DNA of 32,000 bases from an uncultured Gammaproteobacteria bacterium. Lineage in GTDB: Bacteria > Patescibacteriota > Microgenomatia > Daviesbacterales > UBA10151. Each line of letters begins with the position of its first letter. Within the stretch, counting starts at the first letter, position 1. A model generated the notes under the pieces. That model did no database searches, had not been told where the DNA came from, and worked only from the letters and a program-made list of their open reading frames with translations. The DNA is taken from NCBI GenBank assembly GCA_964522265.1, contig CAZFVS010000001.1, positions 2,400 through 34,399 of the forward strand, written 5' to 3'. Made by a program: the position numbers and the translations under genes. Shown here piece after piece: positions 1 through 8,512 of the stretch.

Positions 1-1
1 A

Positions 2-958
2 ATAAAAGGTGATGTAAGGGATAGAAAAATTCTGGAAAGAGTTTTAAAAGGCGTAGAATATGTGATCCATTTGGCTGCCATTATGGATTTAATGCCGGAT
101 TATTCTGTTTTCTTTGATACCAATGTTACTTCAACCGCTTTGCTTTACGAAATTATTGTTGCCAAAAAACTTTCCATCAAAAAGGTGATAGTTGCATCAT
201 CCCAATTTGTTTATGGGGAGGGGAGATGGAAATGTATGAGTCATAGGGAAGTTTTTCCCAAACAGCGGATTAATGATAATTTAATTAAGAAAAAATGGGA
301 TCCTGTTTGCCCAAAATGTGGAGATAAAGTTACATCCTTGCCAAATTTAGAGACCCATCAAGACCCACCCAATCAGTATGCAATCTCCAAATATACCCAG
401 GAGCTAATTGCCCTTAAATTGGGCAGATTAAACGGGATTCCTTCTGTTGCCATGCGTTACTCAATAGTTCATGGTCCTAGGCAGTCTTTAAAAAATGCTT
501 ACTCTGGAGCTTTGAGAATTTTTACACTCCAGCTTTTAAACAATAAACCCCTGTCTATTTATGAAGACGGACTGCAGCAGCGGGATTATGTCTCAGTTTA
601 TGATGTAGCTAGAGCTAATGCAGATGTGTTGGAATCAGGAAAAGCAGATTATGAAAACTTTAATGTCGGTTCTGGAAAAGCATTTACAGTTTTGGAACTT
701 GCGACGATGGTGGCAAAAGTTTTGGGAAAAGATGTAAACTTTAAACCTACAGGGGAATTTAGAGTGGGGGATATCAGGCATGCTGTTTCTTCTATTACAA
801 AATTGGAAAAGTTAGAGTGGAAAGTAAAGGATAAAGAGGAAGATATTGTGAAAGAATATGTGAGTTGGGTTAAAGAACAAAAACTGGACCAGGATTATTT
901 AAAAATAGCTGAAGCGCAGATGAAAGCCTTGGGTGTGGTCAAAAAAGCAGTACCGTAG
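2..958 (+). CDS. NAD-dependent sugar epimerase/dehydratase (extended SDR), 5' end outside window
   Basis: Frame 2 is open from nt 2 (IKGDVRDRKILERVLKGVEYVIHLAA...), so the GTG at 62 is internal and the gene starts upstream of the window. SDR hallmarks are present: ASSQFVYG, catalytic YAISKY (YxxxK) and QRDYVSVYDVA. It carries an extra Cys/His-containing insertion between the SS..YG and YxxxK motifs. Confidence 0.8.
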   Translation: MKGDVRDRKILERVLKGVEYVIHLAAIMDLMPDYSVFFDTNVTSTALLYEIIVAKKLSIKKVIVASSQFVYGEGRWKCMSHREVFPKQRINDNLIKKKWDPVCPKCGDKVTSLPNLETHQDPPNQYAISKYTQELIALKLGRLNGIPSVAMRYSIVHGPRQSLKNAYSGALRIFTLQLLNNKPLSIYEDGLQQRDYVSVYDVARANADVLESGKADYENFNVGSGKAFTVLELATMVAKVLGKDVNFKPTGEFRVGDIRHAVSSITKLEKLEWKVKDKEEDIVKEYVSWVKEQKLDQDYLKIAEAQMKALGVVKKAVP

Positions 959-993
959 TTGTTTTAGCCTCAACAAACTGCTACGATTGATTC

Positions 994-2679
994 ATGGTTG
1001 GGTTTTTGTGGATTAAAAAACATGCTACAATTTCGCTTCTCTTGTTACTTTTAATCTTACTCATCCCTACCTTTTGGAGGATGCTCAAGCCCGGGATTTT
1101 TTCCATGCATGACTTCCATGTTTTTAGACTGTATGAATATGACAAATGTGTTGCAGATTTACAGATCCCCTGCAGGTGGGCGCCTGACTCCGCTTATGGA
1201 TACGGAGAACCGATGTTTAATTTTTATACCCAACTTCCCTATGCTTTTGGAGAAATATTCAGGTTCTTAGGTTTTTCAGTTATTGATTCTATCAAAGCCC
1301 TTTTTATCTCATCCCTTATTTTATCTGCCTTTGCGATGTTTCTTTTGGCAAAACAGTTTTGGGGAAATAATTTATCAGCACTAATTTCTGCCCTGATCTA
1401 TACGTATGCACCATATCGGGCAGTCGATGTTTGGGTAAGAGGTGCTTTGCCAGAAGCGCTAGCTTTCATTTTCTTCCCGCTTATTACTTATTATTTTAAT
1501 GATTATGTATTAAATAAAAGACTAAGGTCTCTTTTTCTGTTTGGCCTGGCTGTTTCAGGACTTGTTTTAACCCACAATCTTTCAATGCTAATGTTTTTCA
1601 TCTTCTTCAGTCTTTGGGCGATTTATTTTTTTACAAAATATAAAGCCTGGAATTTAATTCCAAAATTTATTCTGATTGGAATACTGAGTTTAGGAATAAG
1701 TGCTTTTTATATCTTACCCGTGGTTTTTGAAAGTAAACTGATAACTTTAACAGAAACGACACAAGGTTATTATGATTTTAAACTTCACTTTGTTACTTTA
1801 AAACAGCTTTTAATCTCAAGATATTGGGGGTATGGAGGATCGCTTTGGGGTAATGATGACAGGTTGAGTTTATCTGTAGGACAGATACAATGGATTTTGC
1901 CAATCCTGGTTGCACTAATTGTACTAATTAAAAAAAGACAAAGAAATTATCCGAGTTTTTTCTTTCTGTTAGGGATTGGTTGGTTTATGTTGTTTCTTAC
2001 ACACAATAAGTCGGTTTTATTTTGGGACGCAGTAAAGCCTTTAAGTTTTGTCCAGTTCCCCTGGAGATTTTTAGGTTCTGCAGTTTTTCTTTTTGCTTTC
2101 GCCTCAGGTGCAATATTTACATTATTTAAAAAAAGTTATTTCAACAAAATTCTTTTTTTAGTTATTGCAGCGTTGCTTATAAGTTTTAATGCATCCTTTT
2201 TCTTTGAAGATTTATGGTTTAAATTCAGTGATAAAGAATTTTTCAGCGGTAAAAATTACGAACAACAAGTGACATCAGCTATACATGACTTCTGGCCCAA
2301 AACAGGGGGGAAAGATGTTCCCTCTTCTTTTGCACCAAAAACAGGGACTTTTCTTGAAGGGATGGGGGATGTCAAATTAACAGAAAAAGCAAGCAATAGG
2401 CAATCGTATACTATTGATTCAGGAGGGTTGGGGGGAGTGGTGCAGTTTCCATTAGTTTATTTTCCGGGTTGGATCGGATCTTCCCCGAATCGCAATATTG
2501 ATCTTTTCCCCAGCGGCAAGCTAGGTTTAGCAACAGCAAAACTTAAGCCTCAGGAAAGTAAAATAAAATTAAAATTTTCCGATACACCAATAAGGACTGC
2601 AGGGAATTTTATATCTGAGTTTTCTGCAGGCCTTTTAATAGTTATCTTAATTTACTATAAAAGAAAAAAAGTAATATGA
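994..2679 (+). CDS. Polytopic membrane protein, putative GT-C glycosyltransferase (COG5617 / PTPS-related / YfhO-like resemblance)
   Basis: 561-aa ORF with many hydrophobic segments. The loop after TM1 (SMHDFHVFRLYEYDK...GYGEPMFNFY) resembles the acidic/His loop of these membrane families. The family call rests on motif memory only. Confidence 0.5.
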   Translation: MVGFLWIKKHATISLLLLLLILLIPTFWRMLKPGIFSMHDFHVFRLYEYDKCVADLQIPCRWAPDSAYGYGEPMFNFYTQLPYAFGEIFRFLGFSVIDSIKALFISSLILSAFAMFLLAKQFWGNNLSALISALIYTYAPYRAVDVWVRGALPEALAFIFFPLITYYFNDYVLNKRLRSLFLFGLAVSGLVLTHNLSMLMFFIFFSLWAIYFFTKYKAWNLIPKFILIGILSLGISAFYILPVVFESKLITLTETTQGYYDFKLHFVTLKQLLISRYWGYGGSLWGNDDRLSLSVGQIQWILPILVALIVLIKKRQRNYPSFFFLLGIGWFMLFLTHNKSVLFWDAVKPLSFVQFPWRFLGSAVFLFAFASGAIFTLFKKSYFNKILFLVIAALLISFNASFFFEDLWFKFSDKEFFSGKNYEQQVTSAIHDFWPKTGGKDVPSSFAPKTGTFLEGMGDVKLTEKASNRQSYTIDSGGLGGVVQFPLVYFPGWIGSSPNRNIDLFPSGKLGLATAKLKPQESKIKLKFSDTPIRTAGNFISEFSAGLLIVILIYYKRKKVI

Positions 2680-4292
2680 GAAAAAAATTGTTGATATTTT
2701 TTTTGATTATAATAATTGCTGTTTTTTTAAGGTTTTATAGATTGGATGAATTCCCTCCAAGTCTGAATTGGGATGAAATAAGCATAGGATATAATGCTTA
2801 CTCTATTTTAATGACAGGGAGAGACGAATGGGGGGAGTTTTTACCGTTATCATTTAGGGCATATGGAGACTATAAACTTCCGGGATATATTTACCTTGAT
2901 ACTTTTTTTATCAGGGCTTTTGGGTTAAATGAATGGGGGGTAAGATTGCCTTCAGCAATCTTAGGGCTTTGGATTGTAATTTTTATCTTTTTAATTGCTA
3001 AAAATTTGACAAATACAAACCTGGCGCTTTGGGTGATGTTTATCTCTGCAGTAACACCATGGCTTATTATTCTTTCAAGAATTGCCTTGGAAGCAAACCT
3101 GGCGCTTTTTTTTACAACAGCATCCCTTTACTTTTTGCTTAGGGGAATTAAGAAAAAATATTTTTTACCCATCGCTACCCTATTTTTAGGGCTGTCGCTA
3201 TTTTCTTATAACTCTTCAAGAGTAGTGGTGTTGCCATTGACTTTACTTGCAGGTATTTTATTTTGGCAGAGAATCAAGAATACAAAAGCATCTTTGGTGG
3301 CATTTACTGTACTGGCAATATTTTTTATTACAGCTTTTCCTTTGGCACTATTACAGGATTCTTCGGCAAGATATAAATGGACTACCATACTAGATGAGGG
3401 TGCAATCTCAAGAATTAATGAGTTACGCGGATCCGCTGCTTTACCTTCAGTTGTAGATAAACTGATTTACAACAAAATTACTTATTTTATACCCCAGGTG
3501 TTAGGGAATTATTTTTCGCACTTCAACCCCAACTTTTTATTTTTTAACGGAGGATCCAATTACCAATATTCTGTGCCCGGTTCAGGCCTGTTTCATATAA
3601 GTTTATTACCATTTTTAATATTAGGATTCTATCAAATTTTCCTAAAAAAAGAAAAATGGCAGTATTTTATTTTAGGATGGTTTCTTATTGCGCCACTGCC
3701 TGCTGCAATAACAAGGGATTCGCCCCATGCTCTTCGTTCGTTGCTGATGATCCCACCCTTTTTAATTATTTGTGTGTTTGGGATTAATGTTATAACACAT
3801 AACCTAAAACCTGTTTACGTAAAAGTGCTGCTTGCGATTTTTACCATAGTTTTAGTCTTTCAAACTGTACAGTTTTGGCAAAATTATATCGGTAATTATA
3901 CTAGGAGTTATTCCTGGTCATGGCAATATGGTTACAAAGAAACAATAAATTTCGTGAAACAAAATTATGGCAACTACTCAAAAGTATATTTTACAAAAAA
4001 GTATGGGGAACCACATGAGTTCATGTTGTTCTATCTCAAAATTGACCCTCAGTTTTTTAGAGACGGAGCTGTTCCTGTAAGATATAAAAAATCAGATTGG
4101 TATTGGGTAGATAGTTTTGGTAAATTTGAATTTATTAACGATTGGGAAGTAAAAGAAAGATTAAAAAAAGAGCCAAAAGAAAAAAGTTTGTTAGTGACGA
4201 GTCCTGGAAATTATCCAGCAGGAAGTAAGTTGATAAAAACAATAAACTTTTTAGATGATCAGCCCGCGTTTGATATAGTAGAAATAAAATGA
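2676..4292 (+). CDS. GT39 / PMT_2 (PMT-ArnT-like) GT-C glycosyltransferase, paralog 1
   Basis: ATGA overlap with the upstream gene. TM1 is followed by NWDEISIGYNAYS...GDYKLPGYIY (DE motif plus YKP-type motif), then about 11 TM segments and a soluble C-terminal domain ending FLDDQPAFDIVEIK. Confidence 0.8.
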   Translation: MRKKLLIFFLIIIIAVFLRFYRLDEFPPSLNWDEISIGYNAYSILMTGRDEWGEFLPLSFRAYGDYKLPGYIYLDTFFIRAFGLNEWGVRLPSAILGLWIVIFIFLIAKNLTNTNLALWVMFISAVTPWLIILSRIALEANLALFFTTASLYFLLRGIKKKYFLPIATLFLGLSLFSYNSSRVVVLPLTLLAGILFWQRIKNTKASLVAFTVLAIFFITAFPLALLQDSSARYKWTTILDEGAISRINELRGSAALPSVVDKLIYNKITYFIPQVLGNYFSHFNPNFLFFNGGSNYQYSVPGSGLFHISLLPFLILGFYQIFLKKEKWQYFILGWFLIAPLPAAITRDSPHALRSLLMIPPFLIICVFGINVITHNLKPVYVKVLLAIFTIVLVFQTVQFWQNYIGNYTRSYSWSWQYGYKETINFVKQNYGNYSKVYFTKKYGEPHEFMLFYLKIDPQFFRDGAVPVRYKKSDWYWVDSFGKFEFINDWEVKERLKKEPKEKSLLVTSPGNYPAGSKLIKTINFLDDQPAFDIVEIK

Positions 4293-6022
4293 AATTTTCA
4301 ATTTTCAATTTTCAATTTTCAATGCTGGTTTTGATCATAGTTTTGGCTGGGATACTGCGTCTTTGGAATATTTCATCGAATCCGCCTGGGCTTACATGGG
4401 ATGAGGCAGCAATTGGGTATAACGCTTATTCTTTACTTAAAACAGGTAGAGATGAATATGGGCAGATCTTACCGCTAAATTTTAAATCTTTTGGAGATTA
4501 TAAACCCGGAGTTTATATTTATTCTGATATTCCATTTATTGCACTCTTTGGTCTGAATGAATTGGCAGTTAGATTGCCTTCAGCAATTGCAGGGACGATG
4601 CTTGTTTTACTCGTTTATTTATTGATGATGGAACTTTTTAATAACAAAAATCTGGCACTATCCGCATCATTAATGTTGGCAATATCACCTTTGGCGATAC
4701 AGTTTTCTAGACCTGCGTTTGAGAGCAATCTGGCGGTTTTTCTAAATTGTTTAGGGATATTTTGTTTTGTTAAGGGATCAAAGAAGTCTAAACTTTTTAT
4801 ACTATCAGGTTTATTTTTTGGCCTTTCTTTATTTACATATCAGGCTTCCAGAATATTTATCCCCATACTACTTTTGGGATTGTTTCTAATATATAGAAAA
4901 AACCTTTCTTTAAAAAAAGATTTAAAAATTGGATTGGGGGTATTTATTTTATTTGCCCTGCTAGTGGCTGCCCAGATTTTTGTGCTGAAACAATCAGGCC
5001 GGCTTGAGGCGATGAACTATTTTGCATACAGGCGTTCTGATGAGCAAATAAACCAAATAGCAAAAGAAGACGGGTATCAAGTTTCAGATTACAAGTTTCA
5101 AATTTTGCATGGTGAATGGTTTGCCTCTTTTAAGGGTTTGGTTGAAAGATATTTGATCTATTTTTCTCCCAAGATGCTTTTTATTGATGGGGATTATAGT
5201 CCCAGGCACAGAGTTCCAGATCTGGGTGTTTTATATTATGTTTCAGTTTTATTTATTCCTTTGGGAATAATTTATCTTTGGCGGAAGAAAAAGCAGGGTA
5301 GCACTCTTGTTTTTTTTCTGCTGGCAATCTCCTCCATCCCTGCTGTTTTATCAAGGGATTTGATTAGTATGGTGAGGGCTTTAAATTTGCTTATTCCCTT
5401 TACAATTTTGGAAGGAGCAGGGTTATATTATCTTTTTCTAAACATTAAAAAATTTAATCGGTTCATTTTTATATCGGTGAGTCTGATCATATTTTTTCTA
5501 ATATTTGCAAATCTTGCAGTTTTTTTGGATCGTTATTTCATACATGCTCCTATAAAATATTCTCAAGGATGGTTATATGGGTATAAGGACTTGCTCGCGT
5601 TTCAGTGTGATCAATTATACTTCGCGCTCGCAAAACCTTGCCTTTTGCCTGAGGCAAAAGGTAAAGAAATTTTTTTCTCAAAAGAAAATTTATCAAAATA
5701 TGACAATGTTTTAATAACTGATGATTATGGGCAACCCTACATATATTATCTTTTCTATAATCAATATCCGCCGGTTGAATTTCAAAAGCAGGCAGTTTTA
5801 GTACAACCCGGTGTCGATGTGGGGACGATAAGAAAGATTGATAATATTGGGTTTCGTCATGTTTATTGGCCAAACGATAGAGGATTAAAAAACAGTCTGT
5901 TTATTGCGACAAAAGAAGAACTGCCGGATAAAGATATAATCCCCTTTCCGCAGTATAAAATTTTAAAGGATATTAATTTTTTAGACGGGCAACATGCATT
6001 TAGAGTTGTGGAGTCGGAATGA
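4289..6022 (+). CDS. GT39 / PMT_2 GT-C glycosyltransferase, paralog 2
   Basis: ATGA overlap. Motifs TWDEAAIGYNAYS...FGDYKPGVYIY; collinear with the genes on either side; C-terminus FLDGQHAFRVVESE. Codons 2-11 are encoded by a perfect 7-bp tandem repeat. Confidence 0.8.
   Translation: MKFSIFNFQFSMLVLIIVLAGILRLWNISSNPPGLTWDEAAIGYNAYSLLKTGRDEYGQILPLNFKSFGDYKPGVYIYSDIPFIALFGLNELAVRLPSAIAGTMLVLLVYLLMMELFNNKNLALSASLMLAISPLAIQFSRPAFESNLAVFLNCLGIFCFVKGSKKSKLFILSGLFFGLSLFTYQASRIFIPILLLGLFLIYRKNLSLKKDLKIGLGVFILFALLVAAQIFVLKQSGRLEAMNYFAYRRSDEQINQIAKEDGYQVSDYKFQILHGEWFASFKGLVERYLIYFSPKMLFIDGDYSPRHRVPDLGVLYYVSVLFIPLGIIYLWRKKKQGSTLVFFLLAISSIPAVLSRDLISMVRALNLLIPFTILEGAGLYYLFLNIKKFNRFIFISVSLIIFFLIFANLAVFLDRYFIHAPIKYSQGWLYGYKDLLAFQCDQLYFALAKPCLLPEAKGKEIFFSKENLSKYDNVLITDDYGQPYIYYLFYNQYPPVEFQKQAVLVQPGVDVGTIRKIDNIGFRHVYWPNDRGLKNSLFIATKEELPDKDIIPFPQYKILKDINFLDGQHAFRVVESE
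4293..4320. repeat. Perfect heptanucleotide tandem repeat (AATTTTC) x 4
   Basis: Read directly from the sequence: atgaAATTTTCAATTTTCAATTTTCAATTTTCaatg, lying between the ATG at 4289 and an in-frame ATG at 4322. Confidence 0.95.
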
Positions 6023-6026
6023 ACAC

Positions 6027-7655
6027 ATGAAATTTACAGTTTACAATTTAAAATTTACATTTCTGGTTTTGATTATTGTTTTAGCTGCTATTTTACGGCT
6101 GTGGAATTTGGGTGAGTATCCTGCGGGTTTTAATGCTGATGAGGCAGCAATAGGTTATAATGCCTACTCAATTTTACAAACAGGAAAAGATGAATATGGT
6201 ACGTCTTATCCTTTGGCTTTTAAATCGTTTGGTGATTATAAACCCGGTCTCTATTTCTATTTCGTTATGCCTTTTGTAGCGAAACTTGGTTTAAACGAAA
6301 TTGCAGTTAGGTTGCCGTCAGCTCTACTGGGTATTGCAACAGTCTTATTGATTTTTTTCCTGGCAAAAGAGATATTTAAAAATGAAATAACGGGTTTGTT
6401 TTCAGCATTTCTTTTAGCAATCTCCCCATGGCATCTGCATTTTTCGAGAGGTGGTTGGGAAAGCAATGGGGCAACATTTTTTATTACGCTTGGAGTGTTT
6501 CTTTGGCTGAAGGGTTTAACTAAGCCATTACTTATATTCTGGAGTTTATTTAGTTTCTTGATTTCTATGTATATGTACCAAAGTCCGAGATTAATAATCC
6601 CTTTATTTTTGGTGCTGGCTATTTTTCTATATAAGAATATTCTACGGAAAATTGTTAGAAAGGTGATAATTTTTATACCAATTCTTTTTATTTTATCTAT
6701 TCCACTTATCTTACAGTTTACATCAGGAGAGGGAGGAGCAAGGTTTAGCGGCTTATCATTTTTTGCAGATAAAGGCCCTTTATCCAGAATAGATGAGTTG
6801 AGAGGGGAGCACGATGATTTAAGCAATAAAGATGCAAAATTGTTGCATAATAAAATAACAGCTTATATACCTTCTCTTCTCGGACATTATTTGGACCATT
6901 TTTCAACCCAATTTTTATTCATCAACGGTGAAGAAGTTATCAGAAATAAGGTTCCCGAAACAGGGCAATTCTATCTTATTGAATCTATTTTTTTAATAGT
7001 AGGATTATTTTTTCTCATAAGAAGCCGTTTTGAAAATGCAAATTTGATTATTTTATGGATTTTAATTTCACCAGTTGCTTCGTCAATGACTTTTCAAACA
7101 CCTAACGCCTTAAGAGCGCTTTCTATGGTTGTTCCGATGACCGTGATGATGGGTTATGGACTAAGTAAAATTTTCAACATCCTTAGTAAAAATTTCAGAC
7201 TGCTATTTTTAGTAGGTTGTTTTTTATTTCTTACCTTTGAATTTATACACTATCTTGAAAACTACTATGTACATTATCCTAAAAGATATCCTTTGGCTTG
7301 GGAGTATGGATTCAAAAGTATGGTTTCTAAACTTGAAAAATACAAGGACCAATACAAAAAGGTAGTTATTACGGACCGTTACGATCAACCGTATATTCTA
7401 GTACTGTTTTATGAAAAATATAATCCTGCAAAATATCAACCTCAGGCAGTTTTAACCGAAAGAGATAAGTTTAATTTTGGTACAATCCGTTCATTTGATA
7501 AATATGAGTTCCATAAAATAGAACCGGACAAAATTAAAAATGCTAAAGACACCCTTTTTATAGTGACAGACAAGGATATGCCTAAGAATGCTGAAATCAT
7601 AGATCAGGTTGATTTTCCAAACGGAAAACCTGCTTTTATATTTTTTAAAACATGA
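6027..7655 (+). CDS. GT39 / PMT_2 GT-C glycosyltransferase, paralog 3
   Basis: I prefer the ATG at 6027 (MKFTVYNLKFTFLVL..., which matches the paralog 2 N-terminus MKFSIFNFQFSMLVL) over the track start at 5994, which overlaps the upstream gene. Motifs NADEAAIGYNAYS...FGDYKPGLYFY. Confidence 0.8.
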   Translation: MKFTVYNLKFTFLVLIIVLAAILRLWNLGEYPAGFNADEAAIGYNAYSILQTGKDEYGTSYPLAFKSFGDYKPGLYFYFVMPFVAKLGLNEIAVRLPSALLGIATVLLIFFLAKEIFKNEITGLFSAFLLAISPWHLHFSRGGWESNGATFFITLGVFLWLKGLTKPLLIFWSLFSFLISMYMYQSPRLIIPLFLVLAIFLYKNILRKIVRKVIIFIPILFILSIPLILQFTSGEGGARFSGLSFFADKGPLSRIDELRGEHDDLSNKDAKLLHNKITAYIPSLLGHYLDHFSTQFLFINGEEVIRNKVPETGQFYLIESIFLIVGLFFLIRSRFENANLIILWILISPVASSMTFQTPNALRALSMVVPMTVMMGYGLSKIFNILSKNFRLLFLVGCFLFLTFEFIHYLENYYVHYPKRYPLAWEYGFKSMVSKLEKYKDQYKKVVITDRYDQPYILVLFYEKYNPAKYQPQAVLTERDKFNFGTIRSFDKYEFHKIEPDKIKNAKDTLFIVTDKDMPKNAEIIDQVDFPNGKPAFIFFKT

Positions 7656-8512
7656 TTAAATTATCATTGGCATTGGCGACTTTTAATGAAGAAGACAATA
7701 TAGGAAATTGCCTTAAATCAGTAGAAGATTTAGTGGATGAAATAGTCATAGTTGATGGTGGTTCAACTGATAAAACAGTTGAAATCGCTAAAAATTATGG
7801 CGCTAGAGTATATATAACCGATAATCCTCCTATTTTTCACATCAACAAGCAAAAAGCGCTTGATTTAACGGCAGGAAGTTGGATTTTACAGCTTGATGCT
7901 GATGAAAGAGTAAGTGATAAACTTGCTATGGAAATAAAAAAAATTATCTCTATGACAAATCAAGAGATACAGGAATATCAGGATATCTTACCCAACAAAA
8001 GATTATTTATAGCTCACCAGCAACTAATTGACAAGAGAGATGGTAAAGTTGGAAGTGGTGAAGATGAATATACAGCATTTTTTATTCCTAGATTAAATTT
8101 TTTTCTGGGTAAATTTTTGCATTTTGGAGGAGCATATCCTGATGGAGTAATACGGCTTATTAAAAAAAATAAGGCTTATTTACCTTGTAAAAGCGTCCAT
8201 GAGCAATATGTAGTTACAGGACGGGTAGGGTGGTTGCAAAATGATTTACTTCATATGGCAGACCCAACCTTTGCAAGATATCTAAAAAGAAATAAGAGAT
8301 ATATTAATTTAATTGTAAATGAATTTGAAAGAGATAAGATAGAAAAAAATGTTCTTCAATTTATTAACTATTGCTTGATAAAACCATTATGGTGGTTTTT
8401 CTGGACACAGATAAGACACAAAGGAATTTTAGACGGTATCCCTGGTGTTATTTTTTCATTTTTTTCGGCACTGCGTTTTCCAAGAGCTTATATTAAGTAT
8501 CTAACGACATGA
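7652..8512 (+). CDS. GT2 (GT-A fold) glycosyltransferase
   Basis: N-terminal LSLALATFNEEDNIGNCLKSV...IVIVDGGSTDKT and a DxD-like LDADE; ATGA overlap at both ends. Confidence 0.8.
   Translation: MIKLSLALATFNEEDNIGNCLKSVEDLVDEIVIVDGGSTDKTVEIAKNYGARVYITDNPPIFHINKQKALDLTAGSWILQLDADERVSDKLAMEIKKIISMTNQEIQEYQDILPNKRLFIAHQQLIDKRDGKVGSGEDEYTAFFIPRLNFFLGKFLHFGGAYPDGVIRLIKKNKAYLPCKSVHEQYVVTGRVGWLQNDLLHMADPTFARYLKRNKRYINLIVNEFERDKIEKNVLQFINYCLIKPLWWFFWTQIRHKGILDGIPGVIFSFFSALRFPRAYIKYLTT

Noticed and set aside
959-987. Possible promoter between the first epimerase gene and the 994 gene: TTGTTT, N17, TACGAT.
   Set aside because: Both hexamers are weak matches, and the -10 ends only 6 nt before the ATG, which would require a leaderless transcript. 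Read-through from the upstream gene is more plausible.
5641-5680. The hairpin CCTTTTGCC-tga-GGCAAAAGG followed by a T7 run, considered as an intrinsic terminator inside the GT39 gene.
   Set aside because: The T run begins about 9 nt after the stem instead of directly after it, the loop is only 3 nt, and the reading frame continues through a conserved C-terminal domain. It is reported instead as part of an unusual in-frame insertion.
5994-6026. Upstream-extended starts given in the ORF track: 5994, 9498, TTG 12152, 27327 and TTG 27340.
   Set aside because: Each extension overlaps the preceding gene or a promoter element and adds non-conserved residues. The downstream ATGs (6027, 9561, 12200, 27279, 27370) give N-termini that match paralogs or typical family starts. 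The choice of 12200 is the least certain.
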